Source: Tubulanus polymorphus
Taxonomy: Eukaryota > Animalia > Nemertea
NCBI RefSeq assembly: GCF_964204645.1
Contig: NC_134029.1
Coordinates: forward strand, 62,001-126,000
DNA: 64,000 bases
Reading direction: 5' to 3'
Each line of letters opens with the position of its first letter. Positions within the stretch are counted from its first letter, which is position 1. The position numbers and the translations under genes are program-made. This document shows, one piece after another, positions 50,844 through 63,062 of this stretch. The notes under the pieces are model-generated. The model was not told the DNA's origin. It saw only the letters and a program-made list of their open reading frames with translations, and ran no database searches.

Positions 50844-53800
50844 TCTAATCTCAGATCTGATATATATACATTCTCAAGGGGGTATTTAGTTGTTTACGGG
50901 CCACGGATTTTCTATAGAAACTCATTATAACATGAATAACGCGACAGACTAGAGCAGCGACGCTGGACGGATATCGAGGCTAGGGTTCAGTTTAGCCACT
51001 TTCCCTAACAGCTAATAACATACAAAATTGAAGGTTGGTGATTCCTTCAGTGGCGCCCCCTAGCTGGTAGATAGACGGATGATTACTCCATAGGCGCCCC
51101 CTACTGGTACTCACTCGAACGTTTCCATGTTTATATTATCGATAATAGGTGCCACTACGTGTTTCCGGTTCTGTCGTATCCGGTCTAACATCGGTTCTAA
51201 CCAACCAGTAGTGACCTCTATATGTGAGTCTAAGAACGTCAATGCCTCTCCTTTCGCAGATTGTACACCGATCATCCGGGCTCTTATTAACCCTTCTCGT
51301 TTTGGCAGACGTATTATCCGCACTTTAGGGAATCTTTCCACATATCTATCGAGCCGTTCTTTCAGAAAATCTGCAAAATGAATATGAGATTAATCATTTT
51401 GTTCGATGACACCAGGGGACAGCACAAGAAACCGATAATCGTTCTGAAATACACAATTATAACCGTTATTTTTGAATTCAAGAGTGAGATATATTCAGTT
51501 TGTTTTTTTTTTTTTAATTTGTTTTGCTTTAAATTGGTTGGGATTGTAGACAACCCAGCAGATCCTCGGCGTATACACTATATACGTGACGTCAGTTAGT
51601 CCACGAGACGATGTGTGTCCATTCAGTAATAAACTCTTAACAGAGAGACTGAGATAGATAGAGACAGCGAGGCTCTCATCTTACAACCGAGGAGAGGAGA
51701 TGGTAGAAGATATTTTATCCCATCATCCACGCGAACAGTCGAGTTATGAATCTGAACTGATCTATATAAATCCAACTATTGACAGCATTAATGTCACTGA
51801 ATTACAAACAGACAGGGAACGACGATATATAACAATTCATATCTCAATATCATCATTTCAATCAGTCTCTGTGTTGTACCGGGTATGGAAAGGTTACAGT
51901 TCCGCCTGATGATGGCAGTCTTTAACCGAAACATTGCTCGAAATAGAAACCAGAACTTTTCATATGTGAATCTGTTGTGGAATATTTCTCTTGTTATTCA
52001 CTGATATTGTGTGTATGTTCTCGATTTCTTTAAAGGTTACTCTGGTAAGCGATGATAATAAGAGTGAAACTCGATCGATTTATCGTAATTACGACGAACC
52101 CAATCACTATACGAACTTACACCTATCCAAATAGTAAATCGAATTGAGAATCAAAAATAACAGTGATTTCAGTGATTTGACGACTTTGACTATTGTAGCT
52201 ACACACGTACCAGACTGACTGAAATCGTCAATTAGTAAAACTTCCTCGACCAACTCTGGTGGAGATCTGTTGATTATACTGTGTATTGTACGTATTAAAG
52301 CTGACCAAGATTCCTCACAGAAACAAACTATTATACTAGTCTTAGGAAGCTTATTGTACGGGTATTTCTTCGTCTTACAACTGAAAAAAAAACGAGAAAA
52401 CATTGGCATGATATGAAATTTCTTTAGTTTAGAACTTCATTTCAAAGGAAAGATGGATCAGTTTAGGACATGAAAAAGGGCATCTGAGCATAGAAAAAAA
52501 ATACAAACGCCCGGTATGGGACTCGAACCCAGGACCCTCAGGTTAAAAGCCTGATGCTCTACCGACTGAGCTAACCGGGCTCACGAATGTGACAGTGGAT
52601 CAGTGAGAAGATTTTTTGGATGACGACGACGAGAACGAATTTTTTTGAATATTTCAATGTTTTCATGTATGTGATTGGAATTCAACGACTTAAAATTCAG
52701 CATTCCTCGTGGTCGATGAATCATTGCTGTTAGGGTTCCTCCGTGGGTTTTTTTTTTTGCTAAAACACGCGCTTTTAATATCTAAAAAGAATTCTGTACA
52801 TTTTGTACGATTTAAACGACTAAACTAGTTTTCGATCAGTATTTGTGCAATTACTGTGTTAATTGTGTTATTTGTGAGAGGGAGAGGGAGAGGGGGAGGG
52901 AGAGGGAGAGGGAGAGGGAGAGGGAGAGGGAGAGGGAGAGGGAGAGGGAGAGGGAGAGGGAGAGGGAGAGGGAGAGGGAGAGGGAGAGGGAGAGGGAGAG
53001 GGAGAGGGAGAGGGAGAGGGAGAGGGAGAGGGAGAGGGAGAGGGAGAGGGAGAGGGAGAGGGAGAGGGAGAGGGAGAGGGAGAGGGAGAGGGAGAGGGAG
53101 AGGGAGAGGGAGAGGGAGAGGGAGAGGGAGAGGGAGAGCCTGGAGAGCCTGGAGAGCCTGGAGAGCCTGGAGAGCCTGGAGAGGGAGAGGGAGAGCCTGG
53201 AGAGCCTGGAGAGGGAGAGCCTGGAGAGGGAGAGCCTGGAGAGGGAGAGCCTGGAGAGGGAGAGGGAGAGCCTGGAGAGCCTGGAGAGGGAGAGGGAGAG
53301 CCTGGAGAGCCTGGAGAGGGAGAGGGAGAGCCTGGAGAGGGAGAGGGAGAGCCTGGAGAGGGAGAGGGATGGAGGGAGAGGGAGAGGGATGGAGGGAGAG
53401 GGAGAGGGATGGAGGGAGAGGGATGGAGGGAGAGGAGGGGGTATACCATGCGTAGAATCCATGGTATAACAGTGATGATTAAAGCTGACTGGTGATTGGA
53501 TGAATCGAACAGACTGTCATCAACCAATCACAGTTCAGTAATGATAAAATGATCCGCATCAACTCGAGAGAATGAATCAGTTTTAGTAAGAAGAGATAGA
53601 GAGAGAGAGCAGACAGATTGAACTAGGAGTAAATATTAAACATGGTTTCGAGTTTAATAACAGCGGCAGTGTTAGCGATGTTACTGGTTGGAGGTATAGT
53701 TATAATCGAAGGTTCACCAGCAACAAAACGACAATTAATACATGAACAATTTCCTGATACTTTCTCACCGGCTCAAGGTAAGAGAAAAAGCGCAATACAG

Positions 53801-56800
53801 AATCGAGTTCCACTTGTGAGTTAACTGTCAACTCAGAATCCAGTTCCACAGTTGTGAGTTAGAGTTAACACTGAACTCAGGATCCAGTTCCACAGTTGTG
53901 AGTTGGAGTTTACTGTGAACTCAGGATCCAGTTTCACAGTTGTGAGTTAGATTTAACTGTGAACTCAGGATCTAGTTCCACAGTTGTGAGTTAGAGTTAA
54001 CTCTGAACTCAGGATCTAGTTCCACAGTTGTGAGTTAGAGTTAACTGTGAACTCAGGATCTAGTTCCAAAGTTGTGAGTTAGAGTTAACTGTGAACTCAG
54101 GATCCAGTTTCACAGTTCTTGGAGTAATCAGACTGATTACTCCAATCACGATAAGTTTACTCAGAACTGTGGTATTTGATGCAGCTTCTGGCTGTTGAAT
54201 ACACATTGTGTATCATCTCCTAAAACTCTGTTCTAAATGTCTATGTTTTCATCTTAGATTAACTTTTTTGTTCTAAGATATCAAAAAAAAACTTTTGAAT
54301 CTGTTGCTTTACGTGTATAGGCTGTTCTTTAGACACAATTCTACCCCAATTTTAAGCATTAGGTTCGTAGTGAAAAGTGGCCAGTTTCTAACCCCCCCTT
54401 CTCCCCCTCCTCCTCCTCTCCTCCTCCTCCTCCTCCTCCTCCCCTCCTCCACCCCTCCCTCTCTTCTCCACATAGATACGTGCGTTCTTCATAAACGATT
54501 CTGTCCTCAATAGATATAGAACTGACCATCCACAAACGCTTTATGCTCAGCCTCAGCTTTTTTCTGGTAAATGTATCCAGTTTTTGTAGATGGGTAGTTT
54601 TTCTAATTGTCTATTGATAGCGATGTTGATGGTTCTCTATTCGTCCATCTATATATCGTGTTACAATGAATACTAGTATATGTTGTATTATAGAAATGAA
54701 TACTAGTATATGTTGTATTATAGAAATGAATACTAGTATATGTTGTATTATAGAAAGTCGATGAAGTAATGAGAGATTTAGGTAGGTGAGGTTTTCCAGG
54801 AGATCGAGAAAAACGAAACGAACATAAACAGAGAATTGAATCACTATTTCAGCGAACAGTTTGACGTATATCAATAATTATCTATTAGATATTTATGCGT
54901 CATATAAAAGTCTTTTATTCCAGACACAAATCCGAATCGATCAATTACTGAATGAAATAGAATTAATAGATTTCTCAGAGTTCAGCGACCCGTTGAACCA
55001 GCGCCTCAGGCCGCAGCGACCCGTTGAACCAGCGCCTCAGGCCGGTTTTACAGACATTGAGAACTATAAGACGGAAGAGTCAGTGCTTTTACCTGGGAAT
55101 TAAATCAATTGATATTAGATTGTTTACTTTCCTCCGGGTAAACCGAACCCTTTTACATTGTGATACAATGTGATACAATCAAAATATAAACAGCAGAAAT
55201 TATTATCGAAATTCTGTTATTTCAATATTGGTAAATTATTTGTAACAAATTACGAGATAAATATTTCTAAACCCTAAACCTGACACACCCTGACAGACGA
55301 CCACGTGACACACCCTGACAGAGGACCGCACCTCATTAATCTATCGGACTAATTCATATTTATCCTAAAGATTTCAGACTGTTCGAGACTCGAATGAAAC
55401 TGTGTTTAACCTGACTTCACAGTTAACAAGCAGAGAATGTTTATCTACTATTCAATTATTTATCAGTTTCACGTTTTTTCCGATATTTTCTCTAAGACGG
55501 GATGGGACTGACTCACAGCGATACGAGGGCACACTGTGGAACTGTGGAACCGCGGAACCGTTGAACTGGGGAACTGGGGAACTGTGGAACCGCAGAACCG
55601 TGGAACTGGGGAACTGCGGAACCACGGAACCGCGGAACTGCGGAACCGCAAAACTGGGGAACTGTGGAACTGCAGAACTGGGGAACTGCGGAACCGCGGA
55701 ACTGCGGAACCGCAAAACTGGGGAACTGTGGAACCGGGGAACTGCGGAACTGGGGAACCGCGGAACTGCGGAACTGCCGAACTGGGGAACTGTGGAACTG
55801 GATCCAGAACTGTGGAACTGGAAAGCTGCTTTTTGTCTTCAGTCTGAATCCATCTCATGTAGAATCAATAATATTCATATTCTTGATATGATATGATTTG
55901 TTTTCTTAAGAAGTTAATTTCTGTACGAACAGCAGATAAAGAAGAGTCAGTATTGAGCGACTGAGAGGATTTATTACTGCCAACTCTTAACTCATTTATC
56001 ATATATAATCTAATTCCGTGACTGACAGAAAATTCACCCGTTTGAAAAATCGTCTATAAAAACAGTTTTTTATGTAAGGAATAATGACGTGTTTTATTAC
56101 GTTAGATCCAACATAGAAGACTCATTAGTGACGTCACGATTGTAACTTCCGCCTGTTGGTTATCAATCATGTAATAGTTAATTAAAAACTGACTTTTACG
56201 AGTGTGATGAAGCTGTCTGTCTCCCTCTCCCTCCCCCTCACTCCCTCTCACTCACCCACCCCCTCGTTTAAAGAAGTGGTAATTAATACCGCTAGGGGGC
56301 GTTAGTAGGATTGATTAAAAGTGGAAATACGTCAATAAAAGATGATTTGATATTGTTTTTAAAACAATGGATTTATGTAGCATATGTTTTCAGACAAGCT
56401 GAGAGTGTGTCCAATCGATATTATAAATCACCACTCATATCTCCTATCTGTACAACACTGTCATGTGTGACAGTATAGGACTGTGTCCGATACACAATTA
56501 CCTATTCACAGATAGGAGAGGAGGGAGAGGGGGGAAAGCGAGGGAGGGGGAGAGTGAGGGAGAGGGGAGGGGGATGAGAGAGGGAAGGGGAGAGTGAGTG
56601 AGGGAGGGAGGAAGGAGTGAGGAGGAAGGGAAGGAGAAAGAGGGAGGGAGAGGGGAGTGAGAGTGCTGTTGTAAATACTGATATTGACTATCATCTATTC
56701 ATTCTGTTTTCTCGCTTGTTTTGTTAATTATCAGCAGCAATTTTATTTCCATTTCCCTCGAGATGATTGCTGAATATTATCACATTAAAAACCATAAATC

Positions 56801-58283
56801 TTGCCTTTCTTTATTCGCTTAATTAGAATTTACGACATTTTTGAAATGCGTTATATAGAAAAAAATTGTACCCAATTGCTTTTAGTAGAAACCTCTTGAG
56901 AGGATTACTGTTAAGGGAAAGAGAGGGTGACAGTCTAGAGGGAGGCTACCTCTCTAGGGGGAGGCCACCTCTCTACAGGGAGTCTAACTCTCTTAGGGGG
57001 AGAGAGGTTGACAGTTTCTCCACAGGGACTGAATTCTATAAGGAGGGATGTGGTTAAGATAATAAGTGGAGGTAGATGTTGTTTTATTCTGTAACTGATG
57101 AAAGACAGCGCGGATCAGATCAGAGATTTATACAATAATCATAAATATCTAAATGGTTTCGGTGGTTTTTATTAACGAGATCTGATTATATATAATTACT
57201 CATAATAATCCACACTAACAGAACAATCTCCTTACTCTACAGACAACTAGTATCCACCAGTCATCCACATGTATGAGACAATCCACAGTTATCCACACTA
57301 ACAGAACAATCTCCTTACTCTACAGACAACTAGTATCCACCAGTTATCCACATGTATGAGACAATCCACAGTTATCCACATGTATGAGACAATCCACAGT
57401 TATCCACATGTATGAGACAATCCACAGTTATCCACATGTATGAGACAATCCACAGTTATCCACATGTATGAGACAATCCACAGTTATCCACACTAACAGA
57501 ACAATCTCCTTACTCTACAGACAACTAGTATCCACCAGTTATCCACATGTATGAGACAATCCACAGTTATCCACATGCAAGAGGCAGCTCGAATTCCGAT
57601 TCTGATCTTATACTATCTGTGTGACGAATACGTTTATGGGATTTTAGTCCCCGGGGCTAAAATAAACTCAATTTGATTGTAGATGATTGTATTCCTGGGA
57701 TCCATTCATCCCAGACACATTGCCACCCCAGCCTCTTATAATGATGATACTAGAATTAGTTTTAGGTAAAAAGATATAAATTTCTCAATCTTTTTTTTCG
57801 ATTTAGAGTATGATATAGTTGGGTGTAGTCCGTGTGAAATCCCTCGACTAAAATCTACTTTCACGATTCTGTGAAGCGTAATATTTCATAATAACATTCT
57901 GATGACAAAATTCACTGAGTGCAAGGGTAGAAATAATCGTCGAATCATCAGTTTATCATCAGTCTTATAGAGCTCCCGCGCAGTAGGCCTACAGTCAATA
58001 ACAGCTCAATGCGACCAGAACGCGTGTGGAACTAAGCCAACAAAAAAAAACGATTTAAACCGATTTGGAAATCTTCAAAACAACATTCATGAATAAAATG
58101 ATCTTTTGCCCCGGGATTTAGTAGAGTTTGCGGTAGCGTGTCAATGGACTTTAACTCAGACACTCGTGTTTGACTCCAGTTTAGGGTGCTTCCGAGAATA
58201 TGACGTTCTTAAGATAGTGAAAGGAGACACGATATAGAAATATTAGTCACAGTTTGAGGATTAGATAAATTCCAAAGAGCAGC

Positions 58284-58330
<47 letters not shown>

Positions 58331-61300
58331 AGCGATTCTAGCAGAAGATTCGAAATAGTTTACGTTCTGAAATATTTGGTTGCGGCTCTGAATATGATTT
58401 CCAGATGATGTATAGTCAGACACAGTGGACTGGTAACCAGGAGTGGCTATCACTGGAGGAAATATCGACACGGAATTATCACAATTTCATATGCAATAAT
58501 TATACATTCAGACAAATATGTTCGCTCGAAAAGAAAAGATTTCAAATTTACAAGATTCGAAAAGTTTAGATCTCAAATAAGGCAGAACATTACGAAAGTG
58601 CAAAACAGGAGGATTTCTAGTATTCCACTATATTGCTTTCAAAATCCTTGACTAAACGAAGACCCGCGCACTTCACTTTTAAGAGTGGATACATACTGTA
58701 AACATTGATTTAGAATATTCCAGAGCAGTGTGTACCCTTGTAGAGCGAGGAGACTCACTCTGTAAGTCTGAGAAGTTGAGTTTAAACCCGCTACTACGAA
58801 GTTAGTTCACGAATTTACCGCCGACGTTATATATAGAGGCAGCACTTAACGGTTGTAATATGATACAGATCGTAATTCCTACTGTGGCATGCGGGTAATC
58901 GAGATATCTCTTTCTAAGTCAAATTTCATACGTTATTCAACACGATGCAATTTAAAACGTATATTTAAAGCAGCAATCAAACTTTATTTAAGAAGAAACC
59001 GATTTTGAAATGAGGTTTAAGCCACTTTTTGTTGAGCTATTTCGTATTTAAGTATGGCGGTAAAGCGGTAGCGTAGTGATCACTCACATGCCACAGTTAG
59101 TATTCAATGTCAATTCAGTAAATTCAACAGTCTATGCTCGCGCCGGTTCGATATTCATGTCATAAGATCATACCTAGTTTTATTCTACCCAAACCCCTTC
59201 TATCATAGACTATTTTTTCGAAAGTAAATCTTATTTCTGAACTTGCTCTATCTATCTTATTATATTTTCTATGCACATTCCTCTTCATACAAAAAGTTCA
59301 TCTTTTTTCGTGTCTACACGAGAATTTTTAAATTCATTTCAATAAACAGCGTATATAGAAATCGATAATCAGAAATCAGACCCGCATTTATCAACGTTTT
59401 GGACCCGGTTTTAAACGAGTACGCCTGTACTTTGAAAAACCTATATTCATAGTTTTACGAGTGAAGAATTTCTTTTTTTTTAGTAGTAACTGAAAACAGT
59501 GAGAAAGAATTAGCTCCCCCTCCCCCTCCCCTCTCCCCTCTCCCCTCTCCCCTCTCCCCTCTCCCCTCTCCCCCTCCCCTCCCCTTTTCACCACGCCTGA
59601 CTGGTCACCACACTGACCAGACACACCAACAAACACGGTCAAATACTACTGGATTATGGTCTAGTGGTTAGCACGTCTGACTGGGATGTGGGAGGCGGCA
59701 GGATCGAGGCCCGCTAGGGTTAGGGTTAGTGCATCAGAGTTTTGTCAAAATGTCGGCAAAATGTCATCTTTTTTAATATATAGAGAGATAAAAGGGATTA
59801 GTCTTGGCGGCAGGCACCAGTGTCTCATGGTTTGTTGTCTTTTACAGACGCGCACGCCCCAAAAATCATCCTCGTGAATTCGAGTGTGCTGGAGTATATT
59901 AATGAATGAATTAATGAATGAATGAATGAATAAATGATTGAACATAAATAAGACAGGTTTTAGGCTCGGGTCCAGTTCCAGAACTCTAAAATCAGATCAT
60001 TTTCAATGTTTTAACTGAGAACTGTCTGAATCCGGCTCCTAAAGTTAGAGCTTTTCAGATTGTTTGATCTCTTGAGTCCTGAGACTAATCAAAACTCTCT
60101 TGGGAACTGGATGGGTCCCGGTTGCAAGTTCGCACTATATCACATGCGTTGTTAAGATTATTAATATATTCCTGAGAAGTCAAACGACTATGAGATATAA
60201 ATATAATACACGATATCGGAGTAATTCATACATCTCACATCGCTATGACATAACCCTCGATCATATTCTATAAATAATTGTGTCCTTGACAACAATAAAA
60301 CTCTAATCTCAGGTTTAACCAGATGAATTTCTCGTTTCAGCGTCTCATTTCCAAGACGATTCGCTATTAGCTGATACTGATGATATATTCGGAACGTCAC
60401 CCGGATTATCGGTGTACGATGAAAATATGTGGGGAAATTATCTAAAACCGGTCAGAGAAATAGAGAAACGTAGTGAGTATCAATAAAACCCCACATGCCA
60501 CAGATCACTTCAACGTCCCGTATAATATGATGTAAACTGTTATTTACAGGTAGGAAGAGGGGCGACGTGAACGCGCTGTTGGCTAAATTGATTTCGATGT
60601 CAGAAAATAGCCCTAGAGGGCGCGTCACCCGCTTCCGGTTTGGTACTGGGAAATAGATGATTAGTTCAGTGAAATGATGATAGATGGCGCTAGTAGTTGA
60701 TTCCACGGGATTTGATTGGTCGATCCAGTTACACAGTAGATGTCATTTAGTCCAGGTCCACTAATTGGAACCAATGGGAGTTTGGACTAGTCCTAAATCG
60801 AAGCAGTCTCACGGGCCAACCGACCCTCGCCCCACACATCACGACCTGTTTTTTCTAGAATGATCAGAACACAATAAATTCACAAAGTTTATTCTCTTCT
60901 CACTGAAGTAAAAACCAGGAATGAGAAAAACACCTGAAATTCCGCTGTAGTTATTTATATGAAAATACACCGAATTATATTTATTTTACTCTGATAATTG
61001 TTTGTGTATGATTTGTTTGTAATCCTGGATTGAGAAAAGGTTCCACAGTCGTGGGGCAGTGTGGAGAACAGACAGATGCTGCTCAGGTACAGCACAGGTG
61101 CAGCACAGGTACACAGGTACAGCACAGGTACAGCTCAGGTACAGCTCAGGTACAGCTCAGGTACAGCACAGGTACAGCACAGGTACAGCACAGGTACAGC
61201 CCAGGTACACAGGCGCAGCTGTAATACAGCTGTTCTGGTTTTAGTTTGTTATCATTTTGAATGATGTCGTGAATTATCACAGATAGATAAACAGAATTGC

Positions 61301-63062
61301 GACATCTGTATCCAGTTGCACAAGGGTCGATATCGTGATTAAACCCCATTCGGCTAGGTACGTGACGTAGCGAGTGCAAGCAAACTGAGGGACACGTGGT
61401 CCCGTCGGGAAATCGAGGGATTGGAAAGTTTTTTCTAGTCAGGGATCGAAAAACTAGAAAACTACTAAATAATACTACATGTATTTCTCTGAGCAAATTA
61501 TAAGATCTCTGAATGAAATAAAGATGGCGCTGATACTTACACGTCATGTCTGACGTCACGCAGGGATCTCTCGACGGATATCATATCACTAACGTATAAA
61601 TTAAAACGAGCCTCTTTCCAACCTTTATTTATGAGAGATTTAACTTCATCAGATTGTTTATCCTTATCAATACGAACCCCTCGACCATTCATACCCGGTG
61701 CTGTCTCATCACGTGGAAAGGTCACCACCTCATAATTATGAATCTGAAACGCAATAATTTGTTTATTTTGTAACAAATGTAGCGATGTGGACCATGTATC
61801 CCACTAGATACCAGTTATCCCGCTAGATGGCGAGCCAATCATTATGATAAAAATCTACCAACGACTAGATTTTGAGACTTAAATAAATCGTGGAAATTAT
61901 GGGTAGATTTCATCCTGGAGTCGTTGTCCTAATGCACACTGTTGCCACCTGTTGGATCCTAGCATGCCACAGTCGAATGGCCGGAGTCCCCCGTTAGTTT
62001 ACATATTGTTAACAGTTCTAAAAGTATTAAATCATTATCACATAAATGAATAGTAATAGTTATAGTATGATATATCGGGTGGGTAATCTGATATATCGGG
62101 TGGGTAAAGTGAAACAGATGTTCGATATATTCTGAGATTAGCAGTTATAACTATTCTTCAGTCTACAGCCTCCAGACTGAAGTGAGGGGCGTCCAGATGG
62201 TCTCGACACTGTCGAGAGAGAACGGCTCCAGATGGTACAACTACAGCACACATACACACGACTCCCCAATCAGAACGATCCCATTGTTTCTAGCATTTAC
62301 ATTGATTAACCTACAATTTACGTGATTTTAGGATAAAGGTCTCGCGCAGAAGGGCGCGAAATAGTTTTAAGAAAAACTAATGATAACTCGTGCGAACGAT
62401 TTTCTACCAAATATGGAAAATGTTGGCAAAGAAAGAGACGAAACCTTAGGTGATATCAGAGAATCATCCACGAGAGATTACCACGTCCATCGGATGTCTG
62501 GCGGGTCCAGACCTGGTGAATTATTGGAGATTAGTCAATGTTATTGTTACATGGACAGCGGGGCTAGGGTTTACAACGAGTAGTGAGATAGTGACAGATG
62601 AAGGCAGAATTCTAGCACCAGCATTTCACCGAAAATGATTAATTGAAATATTACTTGTTCATAAAATGGCACAATGTTGAGTTTAACATCTTTATCCGGT
62701 TCAACTTTATCCGGTTCAACTTTAACTGGAGCAACTGTAACTTTCTCATCTCCATCTCGGCTGCTGCTGATGTTGTGAACATTTTTCGGTATAAATTTCA
62801 GAGCTGCGTTACTGTCAATATTAATAATATTATCGCCCACACGGGGGCGCTGTTTAGGCGAACTATTGTTTTTCAATAATCTCTCGTTTATATTAAAAAT
62901 CCAGAAATCTTTTTTACTGCTTGAAATCATTTTCTGGTCCATTAAAATCAACAAAGCGATATCCGCTAAAAGCCAGAACAATGACGTCATAGTGACAATC
63001 GTGATTACTTTAGTGCGAGACATTGATCCAAACATCTTTCCTGAATTATTCGTTTGAGCCAT
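44947..63062 (-). CDS. GALNT: Polypeptide N-acetylgalactosaminyltransferase (ppGalNAc-T), 10 coding exons (63062-62655, 61743-61541, 52380-52211, 51370-51115, 49983-49867, 48139-48022, 47928-47605, ~47305-47213, 45552-45418, 45093-44947)
   Basis: Type II anchor. Catalytic-domain motifs [59 protein letters not shown] (DxH), [40 protein letters not shown]. Ricin-type lectin repeats ([13 protein letters not shown]). Paralogue number cannot be assigned. Confidence 0.95.
45194..45266 (+). pseudogene. tRNA-Lys(UUU)-derived pseudogene (anticodon now TTA)
   Basis: tggtctagtcggtagagcataaggctttaaacccgagggtccggggttcgagtcccataccg aligns to the intact copies, but the acceptor and anticodon stems are broken. 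Confidence 0.8.
45660..47007. repeat. 33-bp minisatellite (~40 copies) in a GALNT intron
   Basis: cagttagtatgcgacccct(g/a)gtgagtaacaccc repeated. Confidence 0.97.
49707..49779 (-). tRNA. tRNA-Lys(UUU)
   Basis: GCCCGGTTAGCTCAGTCGGTAGAGCATCAGGCTTTTAACCTGAGGGTCCTGGGTTCGAGTCCCATACCGGGCG: 73-nt cloverleaf, A/B boxes, downstream T6 terminator. Confidence 0.9.
50270..50490. repeat. 41-bp tandem repeat (~5 copies)
   Basis: ctggaggagtccacaggtagtctatagggagtctggggtgt repeated. Confidence 0.92.
50747..50842. repeat. (CAG)n microsatellite, intronic
   Basis: Directly visible. Confidence 0.97.
52508..52580 (-). tRNA. tRNA-Lys(UUU), identical to 49707-49779
   Basis: Same 73-nt sequence; poly-T terminator downstream; flanks unrelated. 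Confidence 0.9.
52876..53440. repeat. (GAGAGG)n purine microsatellite with interspersed GAGAGCCTG units
   Basis: Directly visible. Confidence 0.97.
53642..60656 (+). CDS. Nested antisense prohormone/neuropeptide-precursor-like gene (exons 53642-53777, 60341-60472, 60550-60656; 124 aa)
   Basis: [45 protein letters not shown]|[44 protein letters not shown]|[35 protein letters not shown]. Splice sites AAG|GTAAGA, CTCGTTTCAG|, A|GTGAGT and TTTACAG| are all phase 1. Confidence 0.65.
53830..54116. repeat. 44-bp tandem repeat (~6 copies)
   Basis: aactcaggatccagttccacagttgtgagttagagttaactgtg repeated. Confidence 0.93.
54514..55103 (+). CDS. Possible alternative 3' exons of the nested gene (54514-54566, 54800-54865, 54924-55103)
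   Basis: Phases 1/0/0 join exon 53642-53777 without a stop: [18 protein letters not shown]|[22 protein letters not shown]|[20 protein letters not shown]...LLPGN*. Donors are weaker (GTAAAT, GTATAT). Confidence 0.4.
55534..55822. repeat. Degenerate 8-bp repeat array (GGAACTGN/GGAACCGC)
   Basis: Directly visible; shares the actgtggaactggatc core with the arrays at 44619 and 53830. Confidence 0.9.
57208..57577. repeat. Compound minisatellite (28-bp unit plus ~55-bp variant)
   Basis: gttatccacatgtatgagacaatccaca alternates with gttatccacactaacagaacaatctccttactctacagacaactagtatccacca. Confidence 0.9.
58882..59096. mobile_element. MITE-like element related to 717-937
   Basis: ctgtggcatg ... catgccacag inverted termini; similar length and the same aattcct 5' flank. 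Confidence 0.5.
59590..59740 (+). mobile_element. Third, diverged copy of the tRNA-like/TTAGGG repeat
   Basis: cctgactggtcaccacactgaccagacaca ... atggtctagtggttagc ... gcaggatcgaggcccgctagggttagggtta. Confidence 0.75.
61084..61212. repeat. 11-bp minisatellite
   Basis: caggtacagc(a/t) repeated. Confidence 0.9.

Noticed and set aside
52843-53527. RE/RG/SP/LS dipeptide ORFs
   Set aside because: (GAGAGG)n microsatellite.
53732-53824. Unspliced reading giving [19 protein letters not shown], an amidated AKH/GnRH-like peptide
   Set aside because: GKR is simply the translation of the strong donor G|GTAAGA and the frame runs into a tandem repeat; the conserved Trp of AKH/GnRH is absent. Intron retention cannot be fully excluded.
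54476-54513. Alternative acceptor giving a C-x6-C peptide ([12 protein letters not shown]), allatostatin-C-like spacing
   Set aside because: No residue similarity beyond the cysteines, an internal KR, and the acceptor depends on a low-complexity CT tract.
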